Below, piece after piece: positions 49,535 to 60,595 of a stretch of 64,000 nucleotides of DNA; the stretch's first letter is position 1; each line of letters starts with the position of its first letter. The stretch is from an uncultured Planctomycetota bacterium (GTDB taxonomy: Bacteria > Planctomycetota > Planctomycetia > Gemmatales > Gemmataceae), in assembly GCA_963849325.1 (NCBI GenBank), contig CAWKHF010000008.1, forward strand, positions 190,609 to 254,608, written 5' to 3'. Under the pieces are notes generated by a model. That model was not told the origin of the DNA. It worked only from the letters and a program-made list of their open reading frames with translations, and made no database searches. Made by a program: the position numbers and the translations under genes.

Positions 49535-49813
49535 GGATGACAACTCGTCCCTTGGTACGTTCGCAACAGCGAGTGGGGCGAAGTCTCGGCTGGGCAGCGG
49601 CAGGGGGGCGGGGGGATGGCTCCGGCAGGTCCAACACCTCTAGGGTACACCAGAGATAGAGGCGCGGCAATCCGGAATCGGCGTTCTCGCGTTCCACTCC
49701 TCGGTGTCTCGTTGCATCCCACCCCGAAATCGTCGAAAAATGATGGATGAATCTCGCCGTCTCCGACCAATAAGAGACGGACGCAAACGGAAGACGACGC
49801 TGGAGGAAGTGCC

Positions 49814-51145
49814 TTGGCGACCGCGTCACTGAGCCACGTACTCGCGCGCCTGCGCAACATCCTCGGCCGCCAGGCGGTCGGCGAGCAGAGCGACGGTCAT
49901 CTGCTGGACCTCTTCCTCGCCCAGCGCGACGAGTCCGCCTTCGAGCTGCTGATGCGGCGGCACGGCCCGATGGTGCTGGGCGTCTGCCGGCGCATCCTCG
50001 GGAACAGCCACGACGCCGAGGACACCTTTCAGGCGACGTTTCTCGTCCTGGTGCGTCGCGGCGACAGCATCCGGCCGCGCGGCCAGGTCGGCAATTGGCT
50101 GTACGGTGTCGCCTACCGCACGGCACTAGAGGCTCGGCGGGCGGCGGCGCGGCGGCGACGGAAGGAAGCGTGTGCCATGTCCCCAAGCAGATCGACGGAG
50201 GACATCGGGGCGGAACTGCGGCCAGTAATCGATCAGGAGCTGAGCCGATTGCCCGAACGCTATCGTCTGCCGCTCGTGTTGTGCGACCTGGAGGGGCTGA
50301 CCCGCAAGGAAGCGGCCCGGCAACTCGGCTGGGCGGAAGGAACGATGTCGAGCCGGCTGTCGCGAGCGCGGCAACTGTTGGCGCGGCGGCTGAAGCGCCA
50401 CGGTTTCGCCCTCTCTGCCGCGGCGCTGACGGGAACGCTGGCCGAGGGAGCGGTGCCGGCGGCGGTGCCGGCGCCGTTGGTGGTGTCAACGATCCAGGCC
50501 GCCGTGCGCATGGCGGCGGGGCAGACAGCGGCCGGCCTCGTCGGCGCGGACGTTGTCGCCCTCGTGGAAAAGGTGGTGCGAACCATGGGAATGATGAAAT
50601 TGCGATGGGCTGTAGCTCTGGTGCTGGGAATCAGCCTCGCGGGCGGCACGACCTATTACGGCCTGGCCGGACAGCCGCCGTGCGCGAACGAGTCGAAGGC
50701 GGCGGAGCCGGCGGGGCCAATCCTCGTTCGGGCCGAAGTCGCGGCCGATAAGAACGAAGCGGCCGACGACGAGGAGCCTGCGGTGTCCGTCAAGGAGATG
50801 CCGCCCGTCATCGTGCGCACCGTGCCGGAGGCCGGAGACACCGGCGTCGAGGCCGACAAGGTCACGGAAATCCGCGTCACCTTCAGCAAGAAGATGAGGG
50901 ACAAGAGCTGGTCCTGGTCCTCCATCTCCAACACGACCTTCCCCAAGGTCGCCGGCGAAATCCATTACGACAAGGACCGGCGAACCTGCATCCTGCCGGT
51001 CAAGCTCGAGCCGGGCAAGACCTACGTCCTCTGGTTGAACTCGGAGAAGTTCGTCAACTTCAAGGACGCCGGCGGCCGCTCGGCCGTTCCCTACCTGCTG
51101 GTCTTCGAGACGAAAGCCGAGAAGAAAGGGCCGCCGCGCCCCTGA
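49814..51145 (+). CDS. ECF sigma factor with C-terminal TM and Ig-like extension (planctomycete type)
   Basis: SDGHLL..F..RDESAF, HGPMVLGVCRR, DAEDTFQATF, WLYGVA and LPERYR..GT..SRL.RAR motifs, then a TM segment and VTFSKKM domain. Confidence 0.92.
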   Translation: MATASLSHVLARLRNILGRQAVGEQSDGHLLDLFLAQRDESAFELLMRRHGPMVLGVCRRILGNSHDAEDTFQATFLVLVRRGDSIRPRGQVGNWLYGVAYRTALEARRAAARRRRKEACAMSPSRSTEDIGAELRPVIDQELSRLPERYRLPLVLCDLEGLTRKEAARQLGWAEGTMSSRLSRARQLLARRLKRHGFALSAAALTGTLAEGAVPAAVPAPLVVSTIQAAVRMAAGQTAAGLVGADVVALVEKVVRTMGMMKLRWAVALVLGISLAGGTTYYGLAGQPPCANESKAAEPAGPILVRAEVAADKNEAADDEEPAVSVKEMPPVIVRTVPEAGDTGVEADKVTEIRVTFSKKMRDKSWSWSSISNTTFPKVAGEIHYDKDRRTCILPVKLEPGKTYVLWLNSEKFVNFKDAGGRSAVPYLLVFETKAEKKGPPRP

Positions 51146-51233
51146 GGGCGGCTGCCGCGAAAGTTTCGTTGTAATCTCGCCGCCTCCCGGTACGCTGATA
51201 CGCATACCCTATCGCCGTCCGGGAGGTTTCCTT

Positions 51234-52230
51234 ATGCGCTGGCTCCCCACCGTCGTTGTGATTCTGCCTCTCGCCCTGCTCGCGCCCGCTCCGGCAATCG
51301 GCGCCGGGGCCGACAAACCCATCCGCGTCGAACAGACGGATGCCGCCATCCAGATCGACACTGACGCCTTGCAAGCACGCATCCAGAAAAAAGGCTACGT
51401 CAGCGGCGTCGCCCGCGGCAGTTTCCTCGACAAAAAGACGGGGGCGCGCGAACGGGGTTTCGGGCTGCACATCATGGACTTCCTCATGGCCCCCGGTTGG
51501 CGCGATGACGGCTATCCGCGCGATCCGAAGGTACATGGGCAATTGCCGAAGCATTATGTCGAAGGCCCGCAGATTTGCACGCAGGCCAAGGAACTGAAGC
51601 CCGAGGTCATCAAAGGCGAGGACTTCGTCGCCGTCCGCCAGCGCTACACCTTCCACCAGCCGGGCGCCGGCTACAAGACCGGCTCGACCTGGGAGCAGAC
51701 GCTCGTTTTCAAACCGGGACTGCGCTACTTCTTTTCCTGCGAACGGATCACCAGCGTCAACGACGTGGACGATCTGTTTTATCGCATCGATATGCCGGGA
51801 CACATCCGCCACAAGAGCGGTGACAACTTCACGCGGATTTACCTGAGTTACCTCGACAAGCCGATCTCCGCATGCGCAATTCCAGGACGATTTCGCTCCC
51901 GACGCGAAGTACCTGTATCAGCGCAAGGACGGCGCGGTCCCCCAGCGGATGATCCGCGCCTATCAGGTGAAGCTCGACGGCAAGCCGGGTCCGTGGCTGG
52001 CGGGCATGACGCTCGATCCGGCGGAAGTGTCGGAGGCGTGGTGCCATGAGCGCGGCTACGTCTGCTTCATCGAGGAACTGCACCGCAAGAAGGTCAAGGC
52101 CGGCGAGACGTTCGGCGCCGCCTACGTCGTCGGCTGGTTCGACGACATCGCCCAGATGCAACGAGTGTACGATCGCTACAAGGGCAAACACACGATCGTC
52201 GTCGAGAAGGGTACGTTTCGCCTGGAGTAA
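51234..52230 (+). CDS. Secreted hypothetical protein (frameshift near 51870)
   Basis: GGAGG RBS and signal peptide; continues in ORF 51949..52230. Confidence 0.7.
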
Positions 52231-52375
52231 GCGGGGAGGCGATTGCTTTCGTCTCCGGTGCCATAACCCTCTTAACAGGTTAGAAAAGTTGCCATACAAT
52301 GTGATGGGGAGGACCGCAGCGAGGCCCCTTCACCTCCCGGTCCTCGCTCGCCCTCATTTCGAGAGGAGGTCCCCC

Positions 52376-52736
52376 ATGCGTGGGCCTTTACGAATCCTGG
52401 TGATGGTCGCCACGGTCCTCGGAAGTCAGGCGCTGCTCATCTCTCCCACCAGCGCCGCGTCCCGTTCCAAGCGCACCTACGACAGCGCGGATCCGCCGAC
52501 GTACTACACCTCCTGCGCCCGACGGCCATCTCTCCAGCTCACCCGACGGTCAAGACTATGCCTATGTGACGAGGCCGTCCGGGAACCAAACCAGCTACAC
52601 CAGTTATTACCATGTGCCGGAGAGCACGAAAGATCGCTCCCCGGCGGTGGTGCCCTACTGGACGCCGGATGGCTGGGTCCCCGCGCCGGTCATTCACTAC
52701 TACTGGACGCCCGACGGCTGGGCGCGGGCCTGGTGA
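52376..52736 (+). CDS. Small secreted protein with two YWTPDGW repeats (frameshifted)
   Basis: AGGAGG RBS and signal peptide. TACTGGACGCCNGAYGGCTGG occurs twice near the 3' end. Confidence 0.5.
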
Positions 52737-52749
52737 GAGCAAACGTTAA

Positions 52750-52811
52750 GGCGAGCGGGGGGCGTCAGCCCCCTGTTGGAAGCAACAGGGGGCTGACGCC
52801 CCCCGCTCGCC
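52750..52811. repeat. REP-like palindrome family C
   Basis: Long hairpin with GAAG loop between convergent genes. Confidence 0.9.
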
Positions 52812-52816
52812 ATCCA

Positions 52817-53842
52817 TCATCCTTTCCGCCCGAGGATGCGGTCCAGCGCATCGGAGGTCTGGTAAATCAGCGCCTCCGGATAATGCGGGAACGGGTGGAA
52901 ATACTCGAACGTGAGATAGTCGCGGTAGCCGATGTGGTCCAGCGCCTCCAGCACCGCCGGCCAGTCGGTCGTGCCGTCCAGCAGCGGCCGAAACGACTCC
53001 AGCGAATGGTCCGTGCCCTTCTTGGTGAACTCCTTCAAGTGGATGTTCTTGATGCGCCGGCCGAGGATCGGCACCCAATGCTCGGGAAACTGGAACAGCA
53101 TGATGTTGCCGGTGTCGAAGTGGACGCGGACGCTCTTGCTATGAAAGCTATCCACGAAGTCGTTCATGTCCTGCGGGCTGAGTAGGTAGCCGTTGAAGAA
53201 AATGTTCTCGATGTTCAGCGAAACGCCGAGCTTCTCCGCCCTGGGCACCAGCTTGGCGATGGCTTCGCGGGCGCGGCGGTCGCAGACGTCGGCGGCGACC
53301 GGATCGTGGTCCTTGATCCACGGGATGCCGACGGCGCCGGGGACGACGAGCAGGTTGTCCGTACCGAGATCGTGGGCCGCCTGCGTCATCAGGCCGGCCA
53401 ACTCCAGGCCACGTGTACGCTGGGCGGCGTTGTTGCTGGTCAGCGAGTAGGGCCAGTACAAAAATGAGCAAATCCCGCTGATGGCGATGCCGATGTCCGC
53501 CGCCGTCCGGCGGATGGCCTGGTACTCCTTGGTGCCGTTCTTCGGCGACAGGTCGTTGTCCAGGTCGTAGTTCAGCTCGATGCCGTCGAAGCCGGCGTCC
53601 TTGGCCAGCTGCAGGCACTCCTTGAGGGTCATGCGCTGCGGGTACGGAAAGGCCCACAGGTTGATGGATTTTTTCATGTCGTAGCGGCGCGGCGAGGACC
53701 GGCGCGGATCGGGCCGCGCGGCGGGACCGGCCGCGCCACCGTCGCTCGCGGCCAGGGCGAGGGTGCCGCCGGCCAGGGCGGATAACAACACGTCGCGGCG
53801 ATCGAGGCGGGGAGAGTCGGGGGCGGGTTGGGAGGTGGACAT
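52817..53842 (-). CDS. Sugar phosphate isomerase/epimerase (xylose-isomerase-like TIM barrel), Tat-exported
   Basis: DRRDVL Tat motif; AGFDGIEL, IEN, FDTGN, IHLKE and TFE motifs. Confidence 0.9.
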   Translation of the reverse strand: MSTSQPAPDSPRLDRRDVLLSALAGGTLALAASDGGAAGPAARPDPRRSSPRRYDMKKSINLWAFPYPQRMTLKECLQLAKDAGFDGIELNYDLDNDLSPKNGTKEYQAIRRTAADIGIAISGICSFLYWPYSLTSNNAAQRTRGLELAGLMTQAAHDLGTDNLLVVPGAVGIPWIKDHDPVAADVCDRRAREAIAKLVPRAEKLGVSLNIENIFFNGYLLSPQDMNDFVDSFHSKSVRVHFDTGNIMLFQFPEHWVPILGRRIKNIHLKEFTKKGTDHSLESFRPLLDGTTDWPAVLEALDHIGYRDYLTFEYFHPFPHYPEALIYQTSDALDRILGRKG

Positions 53843-53927
53843 TATTCGCTCCTGCCAAGAGGGATGCCAAGAGGCACCACGAAAGAAACCGCCAACTATC
53901 ATAGGAGCGGTCCAACAAAAAGGTCCA

Positions 53928-53992
53928 GTTTCGCCGCGACGCGCAGCGGAGCGCGCGACTCTCCCGCGCTCCGCTGCGCGTCGCGGCGAAAC
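53928..53992. repeat. REP-like palindrome family B, copy 2
   Basis: Same arms as 41252. Confidence 0.9.
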
Positions 53993-54041
53993 GAGGTCAT
54001 GGTCGGTGCGTGCGAGAATTCGATGCTTCAAGGGAGGGTGC

Positions 54042-54509
54042 TCAGCGGTCTTGCGCGAGCGGTTCGGGCTGGTCGTCCAGGCAGGCTTGCAGTTCGGCCC
54101 GCAGTCGGCGAAGAATCTCCGTCCGCCGCGAGTCGTCCGGCAGGACGGCCTCGGCCCGGTGAAGGGCCCAGTACAAGCTGCGTTCCTCCTCGGATCGACC
54201 CGGGAAGTCGCCCAGGAAGATGCGATAGCGGGTGGGCCGACTCTCGCTCTCGGCCGACAAGGCGTCGGCCGCCTGGCGCAGGGACAGGCGACCCGCGATC
54301 AAATCGGCGACGACGGCGTCCATCGCCTCCCGACTTTGCCAGAGATAGGCCACGTCGGCTTGCAGGCGCTGGCCGTGTTGTAGGATCTGCCACCACTCGG
54401 AGAAGATATCGCTCCCCGGGCCGCGCCCGTTGACGGACAGAAAGATCCCGCCGCCGAGGACGGCGAGCGGAATCGTAGCGAGCGTGAGGGACCGGAGTAG
54501 CAACGTCAT
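54042..54509 (-). CDS. Hypothetical membrane-anchored helical protein
   Basis: GGAGG RBS, N-terminal TM segment, LIAGRLSLRQAA motif. Confidence 0.6.
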   Translation of the reverse strand: MTLLLRSLTLATIPLAVLGGGIFLSVNGRGPGSDIFSEWWQILQHGQRLQADVAYLWQSREAMDAVVADLIAGRLSLRQAADALSAESESRPTRYRIFLGDFPGRSEEERSLYWALHRAEAVLPDDSRRTEILRRLRAELQACLDDQPEPLAQDR

Positions 54510-54680
54510 CGCGCGGACCTCCAGGCGCGGCGTGGCCGCCATTGCGGGCGGCGCGGCCGGTGAGCATTCCATTCACAAGGCAGGGGAGCCGGAGAAGAGT
54601 ATTTACGGCCCCACTAGAGATATTCGCTTGGCCTGGTGATTCTTTCAAAAAAAGAGACGAAAAGATGCGCGACACAGCTC

Positions 54681-54743
54681 GTCGGAGCCCGCGGCGTAAG
54701 CGAGGGAATGTCCACCACCCTCGCTTACGCTGCGGGCTCCGAC
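54681..54743. repeat. REP-like palindrome (GAGCCCGCGGCGTAAGCGAGGG type)
   Basis: Inverted arms sharing the GCGTAAGCGA core with family A. Confidence 0.85.
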
Positions 54744-54859
54744 CGACGAATTGCGTCCAGTAGCTCGAAACGGCCCTTGCCTTCCTTCGTATAAAAGAGG
54801 GGACGCGCCGTATTCCTCCGGGCGAGGCGGCGTCGGCGCGAACGGTTGCAGAGGGTGCG

Positions 54860-55977
54860 ATGGCGGGACATCCGGCGAAACTGGCCCTGGAAGACGGCAC
54901 GGTCTACACCGGCCGCGGCTTCGGCGCGGCCGGCGAGACCTTCGGCGAGGTCGTGTTCAACACCAGCATGACCGGCTATCAGGAGGTGCTGACCGACCCG
55001 TCCTACAAGGGCCAGATCGTCACCATGACCTATCCGCTCATCGGCAATTACGGCATCAACGCCGACGACCGCGAATCGTCGCGGCCGCAGGTCGAGGGCT
55101 TCATCGTCCGCGAGCTGTCGCGGCTGCCGAGCAACTTCCGCTCGCAAGGCCGGCTCGACGACTATCTGACGGAGCACAACGTCCTCGGCCTGGAAGGCAT
55201 CGACACGCGCGCCCTGGTCCGGCGTCTGCGCGTGCGCGGCGCGATGAACGGCGTGCTGTCCACGCACCGACCTCGACGACGCCTCGCTGGTCCACAAGGC
55301 CCAAAACAGTCCGCACATCGTCGGCCGCGACCTGGTGCGCGAGGTGGTGCCGCCGCAGTCGTTCGCCTGGAGCGAGGGCTTCACCCATCCCTTGGTCACC
55401 TACCTGCCGTCGCGGCCGGCGACGCATCACGTCGTCGCCCTCGACTTCGGCATGAAGCACAACATCCTTCGCTGCCTGGTGCAGGTCGGCTGCAAGGTGA
55501 CGGTGCTGCCCGGCACGGCCACGGCGGACGACGTGCTGGCGCAGCGGCCGGACGGCATCTTCCTGTCCAACGGCCCCGGCGACCCGGAGCCGCTGAGCTA
55601 CGCCATCGACACCATCCGCGGCCTGGCCGGCAAGAAGCCGATGTTCGGCATCTGCCTGGGCCATCAGCTGCTCGGCCTGGCCCTGGGCGGCGAGACGTTC
55701 AAGCTGAAGTTCGGCCATCGCGGCGCCAACCAGCCGGTGCTCAATCAGCGCACCAACCAGGTCGAGATCACCACGCAGAACCACGGCTTCGCCGTGCGCC
55801 TGGACAACCTGCCGCCGGACCTGGAGCCGACGCACGTCAACCTCAACGACCACACCCTCGAAGGCATGCGGCACCAGCGCTGGCCGCTTGTTCAGCGTGC
55901 AGTACCACCCCGAGGCGTCGGCCGGGCCGCACGACAGCGGCTATCTGTTCGAGGAATTTCGCCAGCTGATGGGATGA
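54860..55977 (+). CDS. carA: Carbamoyl-phosphate synthase small subunit (frameshifted)
   Basis: [40 protein letters not shown] and QYHPE motifs. Confidence 0.95.
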
Positions 55978-57026
55978 CGCTCGCCCCCAGCGCGGTGAAG
56001 CGGATGCGCAGGCGGTCGATCACCCGCGCCAGATACGTCCCCATGTCCGGCGCCAACGCGCGAAAGCGGATGAAGTCTGCCTTCGCCTCCGCTTCTCGGC
56101 CCAGCAGTATCCGCGTCAATCCGCGGCGGGCGTAGGCGATCGCATCTCGGTCATTCAGTCGCAGGTGCTTGTCGCAGTTCGTTAGCACGTCCGGGGCATC
56201 CAGGATCGTCAAGACGCGCATCATCTCCTGGGCCGCAAGGTCCGGATCGAGACGGAAGGCCATGCGATAATCGATCATGGCGCGCCGGTCGCGCAGATGA
56301 TAGCGCGCGTGGCCCCGCGAAACGTAGAAACACACATTGTCAGGTTCGAGGACGAGAGCCTGGTTATAATCGGCCACGGCACCGGCGAAGTCGTTCTGCA
56401 GCGCGCGGACGCCGCCCCGACAGTGATAGGCGGCGGCGGCCTCATCGGCCGGTAGGGCCGCTAACGTCTGTTCGACATCGACGAGCGCCCCTCCAGGTCG
56501 CCGGCTTCCTTGGCGCCGTGGCGCGTTGGAGCCGAGTGCAGACATACGCCGGGTTGATCTCCAGAGCGCGATTGAAGTCGGTCAGCGCTTCCTTACGCTC
56601 GCCGCGCGCTTGCCGCAGCATGCCTCGGTTGTGCAAGATGGAGGCCGAGAAAAGGCCGTCGGCGCAGGTCAGGGCGCGGTCGAAGTCGGCCAACGCGCCG
56701 GCCTCGTCGCCCAGCGCCTGGAGGTTACGGCCTCGATTGTTCAACGCCTCCGGGTAGGCCGGCCGGATGGCCAGGGCTTGATCGAAATCGGCGATGGACT
56801 CGACGAGACGGCCGAGCATCTGTCGGACCAGGCCGCTGTTGTTCCAGGCCTCGGCGTAGCCGGGATCGCGCTGCTTGGCTTCGCTGAACGCATCGAGTGC
56901 GCCCGCCGCATCGCGCTGACCCAGACGGGCGATGCCGAGCTGGTTCCATCCTTCCGCGTCGTGCGGCGGAGTGGTGCAAGAAGCCGGGAGTGTTGTTCGT
57001 TCATCGAGGAGGTCGGTGGAAGTCAT
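55892..57026 (-). CDS. TPR repeat protein (frameshifted; true stop uncertain)
   Basis: Repeated AW/LNNRG..A.ADF..AL units across two ORFs. Confidence 0.8.
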
Positions 57027-57115
57027 GGCTTTGTCTCCGAGCTAAGAGAAGATGGGGTCTCCGCCCGCGGGATGGATCGCCACCCGCGAGCATGTCCTGG
57101 CTGGCCGGTCAACTC

Positions 57116-59092
57116 TTACGTCCGGTAGAAAACGCGGACCTGGGCGGACGCGATGCCGGTTTGCCTGTCCTGGACATCGCCGTAGATTGTCGTTGCGGTG
57201 TTCGGTCCAACGCTATCGACCTCGATTTGGTTGGCGGCCCGAGCATCAAAGAGCGTGAGCTGGGCGACGCCGGCCACCGCGCCGTTGCTGAGGATCTGAG
57301 CCGGCGTGTAGTTGATGGTCACGGCGGGTTCGGAGACGGTCGCGGCGAAGTTCACCGCGTTTTTGGTGATGTCGATGGAGCGAGCGCGGCTGTCGTTGGA
57401 ATCGTCGATGGTCAGCGCATCGTGACCGGAGACGTTGCTGATGGTGACCGGGCCGCCGATGCCGGCGAGGGAGCCGGAATTGCCGACGACGACGTTGTCG
57501 TTGGCCGGACTATTGACCGTGACCGCACTGCTGGAACCCTCGATGTAGACCGTATTGCCGCCCACGCCGAACGATTGGGTTCCGGTGCCGAGCGTCAGGG
57601 GCGTGTTCGCGGCGGTGCTGTACACCGTGAAGGTGTTGCCGCCGTGGCCGCCATCGACCTCCACCGAGGTCACGCCCACGGTCGAGCCGCTCACCCCGGT
57701 GGAGGCGCCGGTGTAGTTCACCCCTGCCAGGCCGGCGAACGTCACCGCGTTATTCGTGACCCCCACGGATCGCCCGACGGAATCGAGGCCGTCCGATACG
57801 ATCAGATGCGTCTGGCCGGAGCTGTTGCTCACATTCACCGTGCCGGCGATGTTCGCCAGCGAGCTATTGGAGCCGACCGTGACGGTATCGGTGCTCGGAG
57901 AGGAAACATTGAAACTGAAACTGGTGATGTTCAAGGCCACGCCGGCGGGCACGGCAGCTACGTTCACCTGATTGGTGCCGCCGAACGTGTTGACATTGAT
58001 GGCCTGGATCGTACCGGGATCGAAGGCGGCGGTTTCGGCGTTCAGATTGACCGCGACGCCGCCAGCCTGGGGTCCCGAAGCGGTCTGTCCGATGGCGATC
58101 TGATCGTTGTAGTTCGTCCCGCGTTGATCGCCGGAGACGGAGAGGTTGTACTGGCCGTTGAAGGTGTTGGAGCTCCAGATCGGTTGTAAGTAGAAATTTT
58201 GGGTGTTGCCGTCGGGAACGATGAAAGCTTTGTCATTCTGGGACCAGTAGGGTTGCATGAGATCGCCGTTCAGCCGGTAGCCGTATTTCGACCCGCCGGA
58301 CCCTTCAGGCTCAAAGTCGCCGATCTGTGGGACAGCGGATGCTCCGATACCAGCCGGCAATCGGTTCCCCGGAGTGATGTTTCCCGGGAGAGATGGATCG
58401 GAGATCGTCTCCGCCAGTTCGTGCGAGATCGCGCTGGTGAGGATGTCTTTCCATTGCGCGTTCGTCTCGCCGGCGAACTTGCCCGTTCCGACCCAAATCA
58501 TGTGGACGTTCGCGGCGAATATGTATCTGTCATACGTCCCGCTGGCGTTGTAGCCGCCATTCTGCCCCGCCCCCGAGGAAGTCGGATCGGAGAGAACGAC
58601 ATAAATGGGCGCGTGCTGCGAATCGGCGAGCAAATCGGGCTGGCCTGCGGGATTCAGATCGATCTCATTCTGGAGGAAGCTTTGCAGGGCGGTGGTGGTG
58701 GGATTGCCCGCCACAGTCGAGGACGCATTCCAGCTATTGGCGTAGGTAGCCTTGCCGTCGCTGCCGTACTGCTTCAGGCCGCTCAGGTACGGGCCGCCGA
58801 CGATGTTCTTGGTGGAGGCGATTATCGTTTGCTCGTTCTGCTGGCCTTGCGCCGTATTCCAGTACGGACCCGAGAAAATCAAATGTACGGGGGGGTCTTG
58901 CATACCGTTATGGGAGCCGGTGTAGGTCTCGGAGCCGAACTGAGGGGTGAAGACGACGGTCGGCACGAGGCGATCCTCAAGGGCCTCCAGGCTCAGTCGG
59001 ATCGTCGGCTTCTTCTTTGACGGGGTCGCGTATTTGCATATGGGCTGGGCCTTCCGCTCGCCGCGTCTGGTCCAGGATCGAAAGAAAGACAT
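57116..59092 (-). CDS. Planctomycete secreted protein: LEDR leader, HELAETISDP domain and beta-rich repeats
   Basis: LSLEALEDRLVP motif, SHELAETISDP..IGD..QPYWS and repeated GSL.(N/G)I.G.V units. Confidence 0.8.
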   Translation of the reverse strand: MSFFRSWTRRGERKAQPICKYATPSKKKPTIRLSLEALEDRLVPTVVFTPQFGSETYTGSHNGMQDPPVHLIFSGPYWNTAQGQQNEQTIIASTKNIVGGPYLSGLKQYGSDGKATYANSWNASSTVAGNPTTTALQSFLQNEIDLNPAGQPDLLADSQHAPIYVVLSDPTSSGAGQNGGYNASGTYDRYIFAANVHMIWVGTGKFAGETNAQWKDILTSAISHELAETISDPSLPGNITPGNRLPAGIGASAVPQIGDFEPEGSGGSKYGYRLNGDLMQPYWSQNDKAFIVPDGNTQNFYLQPIWSSNTFNGQYNLSVSGDQRGTNYNDQIAIGQTASGPQAGGVAVNLNAETAAFDPGTIQAINVNTFGGTNQVNVAAVPAGVALNITSFSFNVSSPSTDTVTVGSNSSLANIAGTVNVSNSSGQTHLIVSDGLDSVGRSVGVTNNAVTFAGLAGVNYTGASTGVSGSTVGVTSVEVDGGHGGNTFTVYSTAANTPLTLGTGTQSFGVGGNTVYIEGSSSAVTVNSPANDNVVVGNSGSLAGIGGPVTISNVSGHDALTIDDSNDSRARSIDITKNAVNFAATVSEPAVTINYTPAQILSNGAVAGVAQLTLFDARAANQIEVDSVGPNTATTIYGDVQDRQTGIASAQVRVFYRT

Positions 59093-59455
59093 CAACATGA
59101 GCTGCTCCGGAGGGGGGAAAACCGCTTCGCTGTCGTGGCCAAGCTGCGCGGGCGGGATCGCCGCTCGTGGAGGCCACGCCTCCTCTATTACCCGTTCGCA
59201 CCCCGGTTGTGACAGCTCTTCTACATTTTGTGCCCGGATGATCTCCGAAGGGCGAAGTGTTTGGGCAACCGAGTCCGGATGCGCGGCGAGGACGCGGCCA
59301 TCGCCGTGTCGAGTGCATTCGTGCGAACGAGAGCGAGCCGGCCATCCCTTGCATCGTCGGGTCGCTTCGCTGATACTGAAAACCATCGGCCCCACCGCAT
59401 CTCCGCGCCAACGTCCGGGGCCGCTCGCGGTTTTCATTCACGGAGGACCTGTCGC

Positions 59456-60436
59456 ATGCGTCCGATGGCCCTTGCTCTCCTCTTTTGTCTCGCGGTCACG
59501 CCCCTCTGGGCGGCGGAATCGTCGGCCGTCGAAACGGGCAGCTTCCGCTTCACTCCGAAGGGCGATCAGGCGAACATCCCCGAACGCTACCGCCTCGACG
59601 CCCGCCCGGTCGAATACCAGATGAGCCTCAAGCGCGACCTGCCCAGCAGCGGCGTGCGCGTGTTCCGTCTGCAATTTCCTTCGCCGGTCCAGACGCCCAC
59701 GCCCGAGAACAACACGGTCCACGCCGAGTATTACCTGCCGCACGGCAAGGGGCCGTTCCCCGGCGTCATCGTCCTCGACATCACCGCTGGCGATCAGAGC
59801 CTGTCGCGCAGCCTGTCTACTTTCCTCGCTCAGAAGAAGATCGCCGCCCTGTTCGTGCAGATGGCCTATTACGGCCCGCGCCGGCCTCCCGGCAGCAAGC
59901 TGCGCCTGCTCATGCCGGACATCAACCACTCCCTCGCCGCCGTCCGGCAGACGGTGCTCGATCTGCGCGTGGCGGCGGCGTGGATGGAATCGCGGCCCGA
60001 ACTCGATGGCAAGCGCCTCGGCATCATGGGCACGAGCCTCGGCAGCTTCATGGCGGCGCTGACGGCGGAGATGGAGCCGAAACTCGGCCGCGTCGCCGTC
60101 CTGCTCGGCGGCGGCGGCTTCGTCGATGCCTATTACGATCACCCGCGAGCGGCGCCCTATCGCAAGGTCTACGAGGCGCTGGGCGGCAGCAAGGAGAAAA
60201 TCGCTCGGATCATCGCGCCGGCCGATCCGCTCACTTGTGCCGCCAATCTCAAGGAGCACAAGCTGCTCATCCTGGCCGGCAAACGCGATGACATCGTGCC
60301 GCCGAAGATGGCCGAGGCGCTGTGGAACGCCTCGGGGCGGCAGAAAATCGTCTGGTACGACTGCACCCATTACGGAGCGATTGTCTATCTGGCGTCGGCC
60401 CTGGATCATCTGGTCGCGCATTTCGCGGCCGACTGA
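59456..60436 (+). CDS. Secreted alpha/beta hydrolase
   Basis: Signal peptide, GTSLG nucleophile elbow, DDIVPP and terminal His (CTHY). Confidence 0.88.
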   Translation: MRPMALALLFCLAVTPLWAAESSAVETGSFRFTPKGDQANIPERYRLDARPVEYQMSLKRDLPSSGVRVFRLQFPSPVQTPTPENNTVHAEYYLPHGKGPFPGVIVLDITAGDQSLSRSLSTFLAQKKIAALFVQMAYYGPRRPPGSKLRLLMPDINHSLAAVRQTVLDLRVAAAWMESRPELDGKRLGIMGTSLGSFMAALTAEMEPKLGRVAVLLGGGGFVDAYYDHPRAAPYRKVYEALGGSKEKIARIIAPADPLTCAANLKEHKLLILAGKRDDIVPPKMAEALWNASGRQKIVWYDCTHYGAIVYLASALDHLVAHFAAD

Positions 60437-60478
60437 ACCAGAACCAGCCCGGAGCGCTAGTGCAAGAGCCAAGGGCCA

Positions 60479-60540
60479 TCTGTCCGAGCCTGAAGCGTAA
60501 GCGAAGAGTGCTCTTCGCTTACGCTTCAGGCTCGGACAGA
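60479..60540. repeat. REP-like palindrome family A, copy 5 (inside a CTAG-bounded unit)
   Basis: Same arms, flanked by a duplicated GCGCTAG at 60454 and 60556. Confidence 0.95.
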
Positions 60541-60595
60541 AGCTCGTTGGTTTGGGCGCTAGCGACGGGTCCAATCTTGAACAGGGAGTATAGCC

